Made by a program: the position numbers and the translations under genes. A DNA stretch of 20,000 bases, taken from the IMG/VR virus record IMGVR_UViG_3300044613_002265, one strand, 5' to 3'. Numbering within the stretch: position 1 is the stretch's first letter; each line of letters starts with the position of its first letter. Shown in pieces: positions 16,873 to 20,000 of this stretch. The notes beneath the pieces are model-generated. The model worked only from the letters and a program-made list of their open reading frames with translations. It had not been told where the DNA came from and did not search any database. The DNA comes from an uncultured virus (IMG/VR IMGVR_UViG_3300044613_002265). Its lineage: Duplodnaviria > Heunggongvirae > Uroviricota > Caudoviricetes.

Positions 16873-17174
16873 TCCTCCTTCACGAAGACGCCCTCGGGCG
16901 TGAGATGCCCGCGACGATCTTTGATGGTCCGGTACGCCGACTCCAGGCTGTGGCGAAGAGTCAAGCCAGAGAGTTGGGCGTAGATGATCAGCGTCACCAG
17001 CACGTCCCCAAGGCCGTCGATCTTGCCTTCGAGGTCGCTCTTGAGGGTCGCGTCGGCGAGTTCGCCGAGTTCGCTCATGGTCTTCATTAGTTGAGCCTGG
17101 GGCGTGCTGTTCGGCACGATCTTCCGAGCCGCAGCCCAGTCTTCGACAGCGAGGATCAGTTCGTCAAGCGTCAT
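16869..17174 (-). CDS. MazG-like nucleotide pyrophosphohydrolase
   Basis: WAAARKI...QLMKTMSELGELADA...IDGLGDVLVTLII...LESAYRTIKDRRG...GVFVKE matches the phage MazG-like family pattern. Confidence 0.88.
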   Translation of the reverse strand: MTLDELILAVEDWAAARKIVPNSTPQAQLMKTMSELGELADATLKSDLEGKIDGLGDVLVTLIIYAQLSGLTLRHSLESAYRTIKDRRGHLTPEGVFVKEE

Positions 17175-17454
17175 GCTTGGAGAGCCTTTCGATGAGGGAA
17201 ATCAGTGTCATCTGAATGCGGGCACAAGTTTCGTCGTCGTTGTCGAAGCCGAATGCGCCGAATGTGTCGGCAGCATGCTGAACAGCGATTCTCTCGTCGG
17301 TTGCCAAGGTTGCGACATCGCCGCTGCGAATCACGCCATCCTGAAATCGCGTCAAGGATCGGAGTTTCTCGATCTCACTCGCGGCTTCTTCCAGCGTGTC
17401 GCCTAGTTGCGGCTCCCGGGCAATCTCTCGACGCAGTCGCTCAACGATGTCCAT
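17164..17454 (-). CDS. Hypothetical protein
   Basis: 3' part of ORF 17164-17709. ATG 17454 overlaps the upstream stop (TGATG). MDIVERLRRE...LEEAASEIEKLR is a pattern common in small phage proteins. Confidence 0.7.
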   Translation of the reverse strand: MDIVERLRREIAREPQLGDTLEEAASEIEKLRSLTRFQDGVIRSGDVATLATDERIAVQHAADTFGAFGFDNDDETCARIQMTLISLIERLSKHDA

Positions 17455-18134
17455 CAGCACACTCCTGGCATGATCGGATTGACTGTGAAGTACTCCTCGC
17501 GGCCATGGACTCCGCCGCCCACGATTCGTAGAAACTGGCGACGCACGTCTCGCCAGACTGGCAGGCTCTCGTGAGGCGTGAGAATCCCGACCTGGTGGAC
17601 ATCCCCGGCCCGCATGAGGGTCGCAGTCTCGTAGGGATACAGGTCCGCGACGTGCCCGATGTCTCCATCGAGGCTCGCGTCCTCGTGAGTCGCGTCCCAG
17701 ACAGCACACGACCCATCCAGGCTGTTTGCCAGGAGAATCTGCACGTCTCGGTCGAGCCTAACGAGGTCCGACGAGCCCCAGCCCCAGCACCCTCCTGGCC
17801 GCTTGCCAGCCTCAGTGTGAATTGCCCGGCCATGCTTGGCTCGATCGCCCCGATGCGGCCTGCCAGCCATCACCACCGACTCGTCGACGGTCAGGTAGCC
17901 GATGTCGCCACGCTTCACGTAGACGTCCCGCAGGACGTCGGCGTAGGCGTCGTACTCGGCTGGCACCGAGCCCGGCATGCCCTGGATGTAGGGCATCATC
18001 AAGCACCGCAGGCCGGAGTATCGAGGAAAGGTGATGCGTGTGTCCATACAAGCCTCGGAAGTTGAGAGCAGAGCATGGCGATCTTCGCCGTCGAGGGTCA
18101 AGTTTTTTTGCGCGATTGACTTGTCGAGGCTCAT
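17454..18134 (-). CDS. Putative 2OG-Fe(II) oxygenase-like protein
   Basis: 226 aa with H-T-E (IHTEAG), a distal His (TPHES) and RQFLR, matching the HxD/E...H...R layout of double-stranded beta-helix dioxygenases. Confidence 0.55.
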   Translation of the reverse strand: MSLDKSIAQKNLTLDGEDRHALLSTSEACMDTRITFPRYSGLRCLMMPYIQGMPGSVPAEYDAYADVLRDVYVKRGDIGYLTVDESVVMAGRPHRGDRAKHGRAIHTEAGKRPGGCWGWGSSDLVRLDRDVQILLANSLDGSCAVWDATHEDASLDGDIGHVADLYPYETATLMRAGDVHQVGILTPHESLPVWRDVRRQFLRIVGGGVHGREEYFTVNPIMPGVC

Positions 18135-18253
18135 CTCAAACGTCCAGTACTTCGCCGGGGATCATCGCCCGCACTTCCTCGCACAGTTTGCGGACTTCCG
18201 GAGTCGTACTCGCCTTGCTCTTCAGGCAGCGTAAACGTGAGCGTGGCCTTCAC
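18131..18253 (-). pseudogene. Small gene, apparently internally deleted or frameshifted
   Basis: GTG 18253 (GTGA overlap) gives MKATLTFTLPEEQGEYD, then the frame looks non-protein-like. Another frame continues TPEVRKLCEEVRAMIPGEVLDV*. Confidence 0.45.
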
Positions 18254-18537
18254 TCTGCCTCCGGCTTTCTGTGCTGGCACGGGCAGTCAGGGTGGTGGCA
18301 GAACGCCGCCGGGACTGTCGCCGAAGCCGCCGCCATGACCCACCAGTGATCGTCATGCTTGACGGTCGTGAGCAGCCAAGTCCCAGGCGGCTGGCTTGGC
18401 CCCGCCGCCTTTCCTGCCACATGTCCCCGTGCCGTCTGGATTGCTGGCAGCAGCAGGGCAATGAGCGTGGCGATGATCGCCAGCACTACAAGGGCCTCCA
18501 CGAGTGTGTAGGCCTTGTGTTTTGATTTCCTACGCAT
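18250..18537 (-). CDS. Prepilin-type N-terminal cleavage/methylation domain mini-protein
   Basis: MRRKSKHKA|YTLVEALVVLAIIATLIALLLPAIQTAR has a basic leader, Glu at +5, a hydrophobic helix and an LLLPAxQxAR ending like Planctomycetota DUF1559 proteins. The C-terminus is short and ends CHHPDCPC. Confidence 0.8.
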   Translation of the reverse strand: MRRKSKHKAYTLVEALVVLAIIATLIALLLPAIQTARGHVAGKAAGPSQPPGTWLLTTVKHDDHWWVMAAASATVPAAFCHHPDCPCQHRKPEAE

Positions 18538-19087
18538 GATGGTCACAGGCCACTGGGTTTCTGTTACGCATGAACTCTGCCACTTCTTCCACGCTCACCG
18601 GCCGAAACCCGTGACAGTCGACGCCAACGTCCAGAGACTTGCCTCCGATGTCCGACAGGTTTCCGTGGCTGTGCCCGTGCAGAAGCCACGACCCTCTGTG
18701 CATCTGGTTCCAGACTCGCATGGCGTAGTGGAACATGACGATCCGCTGCTTATGGGCGCCGCCGAGGTCGACCTTGATCTCATGGTAGTCTTTGACCATC
18801 GCCCATCGCGGATTCTTTTTGACCTCGTCCCTGTCATGGTTGCCGCAGATCAGCCACTTCTGCCCGTTCAGGCGAGCCAGGATGGCGTCGATGGTTTCGT
18901 GGTGCTTCTTGCCCCACGATAAGGCGAAGTCGCCAAGATGGAAGACCATGTCTCCAGGCAAGACTCGCTCGTTCCAGCGAGCCACCATCGTCTCGGTCAT
19001 CTCGTCCAGGCTGGCGAATGGCCGCCGCGAGTGTTCGATGATGTTCGCGTGGTTGAAGTGCGTGTCGGAAGTGAACCAGAAAGTCAT
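18530..19087 (-). CDS. Calcineurin-like metallophosphoesterase
   Basis: SDTHFNH, HLGDF, GNHD, HGHSH and DVGVD motifs. Confidence 0.93.
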   Translation of the reverse strand: MTFWFTSDTHFNHANIIEHSRRPFASLDEMTETMVARWNERVLPGDMVFHLGDFALSWGKKHHETIDAILARLNGQKWLICGNHDRDEVKKNPRWAMVKDYHEIKVDLGGAHKQRIVMFHYAMRVWNQMHRGSWLLHGHSHGNLSDIGGKSLDVGVDCHGFRPVSVEEVAEFMRNRNPVACDHHA

Positions 19088-19491
19088 GTCGGCGACCCCG
19101 GCAGCGGCAACCAGTGGGTGACGCTATCGGTTGGCTGAATGCCGGTAACAGGCAACACCAACGCCCACCAGTCATCCATCATCGGGCTGTATGTGCCAAC
19201 AGTTACCTTCCCTCCACAGACAACGCATACAGGTTCGTTTTTTTCCGGCAGTCGCTCGCTCACGGGAATCCACACTCCAACTGTCTGCCCGTTGATGACA
19301 CGCTCTGCCACACTTTCGGCAGCCCGTTGCCCAGTGCCTTCAAGCATCATGCCTGTTAGCGTGCTGGCAGCAATCACTTCGTCGCGGCAGTCCATAAGCA
19401 ATCGTCGCACTTTTTCATGCTCCATGTATTCCGGGTTGAAAAGTCCGCCGTTGGCTAAGTAGTTCGTGATGCGACTGATAATGTCGTCCAT
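19084..19491 (-). CDS. DUF551-like protein
   Basis: C-terminal WIPVSERLPE...VTHWLPLP signature; ATG 19491 has an AAGGAG RBS. Confidence 0.8.
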   Translation of the reverse strand: MDDIISRITNYLANGGLFNPEYMEHEKVRRLLMDCRDEVIAASTLTGMMLEGTGQRAAESVAERVINGQTVGVWIPVSERLPEKNEPVCVVCGGKVTVGTYSPMMDDWWALVLPVTGIQPTDSVTHWLPLPGSPT

Positions 19492-19509
19492 CGTCGTCTC
19501 CTTTACGCC

Positions 19510-19560
19510 CACAGAACCACGCGATGCAGCGGACGAGCCGCTGATCGCTGGTGTTCTCAC
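19510..19560 (+). mobile_element. attC-like recombination site 1 (short)
   Basis: CACAGAAC-CACGCGATGCAGCGG-ACGAG-CCGCTGATCGCTGGT-GTTCTCAC has AAC/GTT cores, an imperfect stem and an extrahelical G in the ATGCAG arm. Confidence 0.6.
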
Positions 19561-19562
19561 GC

Positions 19563-19904
19563 TTACGGCTCGTCTCGCCAGTCGCACAGGTCACATAGTG
19601 GCAGTCGCACGCCGTACCCCTTCTCTGCCGTCAGGTCTTCCGTGACGCCAACGTCCCCAAACCTAGACACCATGACGAGTTTGACCGTGCTACCGGCAGG
19701 AATGGGAATCTCTACTTCCTTGCTGTCTCGCAGGTGCAGCATCAAAGCGTCGCGTTTCAGTGTCGCGTATCGGTACGGCCACGTTTCCGGTCTGTGCGGC
19801 ATCCAGCCGCGAGACATGGCATGGTCTTCGGCGGCGCGGTCGAAGTGAGAACCAGCGGATGCAAGAGACGGCTCGGCCGCGTCCTGCGTGTTGTCGGTGT
19901 TCAT
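19563..19904 (-). CDS. Hypothetical protein carried in an attC-bounded cassette
   Basis: 113-aa ORF whose AGGAG RBS and first ~19 codons lie inside attC-like site 2; core IPAGSTVKLVMVSRFGDVGVTEDL...GYG.R. Confidence 0.75.
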   Translation of the reverse strand: MNTDNTQDAAEPSLASAGSHFDRAAEDHAMSRGWMPHRPETWPYRYATLKRDALMLHLRDSKEVEIPIPAGSTVKLVMVSRFGDVGVTEDLTAEKGYGVRLPLCDLCDWRDEP

Positions 19905-19936
19905 GTCTCGCCGCTCCTGATCCTGCGTGTTCTGTG
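19845..19936 (+). mobile_element. attC-like recombination site 2
   Basis: GTGAGAAC-CAGCGGATGCAAGAGACGGC...GCCGCTCCTGATCCTGCGT-GTTCTGTG has the same architecture as site 1. Confidence 0.6.
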
Positions 19937-19937
19937 A

Positions 19938-20000
19938 CTACTCTGCCTTCCAACCGTTGTTGATGTACGCCAGCACGGCGTGGAATGCCGCCACCTCGCC
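19938..20000 (-). CDS. 3' end of a hypothetical protein starting beyond the window
   Basis: ...GEVAAFHAVLAYINNGWKAE* stops immediately before attC-like site 2. Confidence 0.45.
   Translation of the reverse strand, partial: GEVAAFHAVLAYINNGWKAE

Noticed and set aside
6..19963. Numerous plus-strand ORFs (e.g. 11024-12346, 1338-2300, 8879-9724)
   Set aside because: They are antisense shadows of well-supported minus-strand genes in GC-rich DNA and show no recognisable motifs.

Overview
Part of a GC-rich tailed phage (or prophage) genome, with every credible gene on the minus strand. Read right to left it holds: small accessory genes (a candidate integron-like cassette, a DUF551-like protein, a metallophosphoesterase, a prepilin-like mini-protein resembling Planctomycetota DUF1559 N-termini, a 2OG-Fe(II) oxygenase-like protein, a MazG-like protein); an HNH nuclease; an AT-rich, CpG-poor intergenic region with a probable cos/packaging site; terS; terL; an HK97-type portal; a ~2380-aa protein; and an HK97-type prohead protease that runs off the left edge. 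Three things stand out. (1) Portal, giant protein and protease are all polyproteins. Their cargo domains are introduced by 11 copies of a short Cys-Gly-rich-Cys tag, each preceded by an Arg-containing site (often E/Q/K-x-R-A/S). This suggests a capsid-packaged, protease-processed effector cargo system. (2) The terL Walker A motif (PKKNG|KST) is split by a 51-nt hairpin with an in-frame TAG and matching GGC codons at each end, a candidate translational bypass element. (3) Two attC-like hairpins with reciprocally swapped core sites bracket a 376-bp one-gene cassette. All family assignments come from motif recognition by eye; no searches were run.
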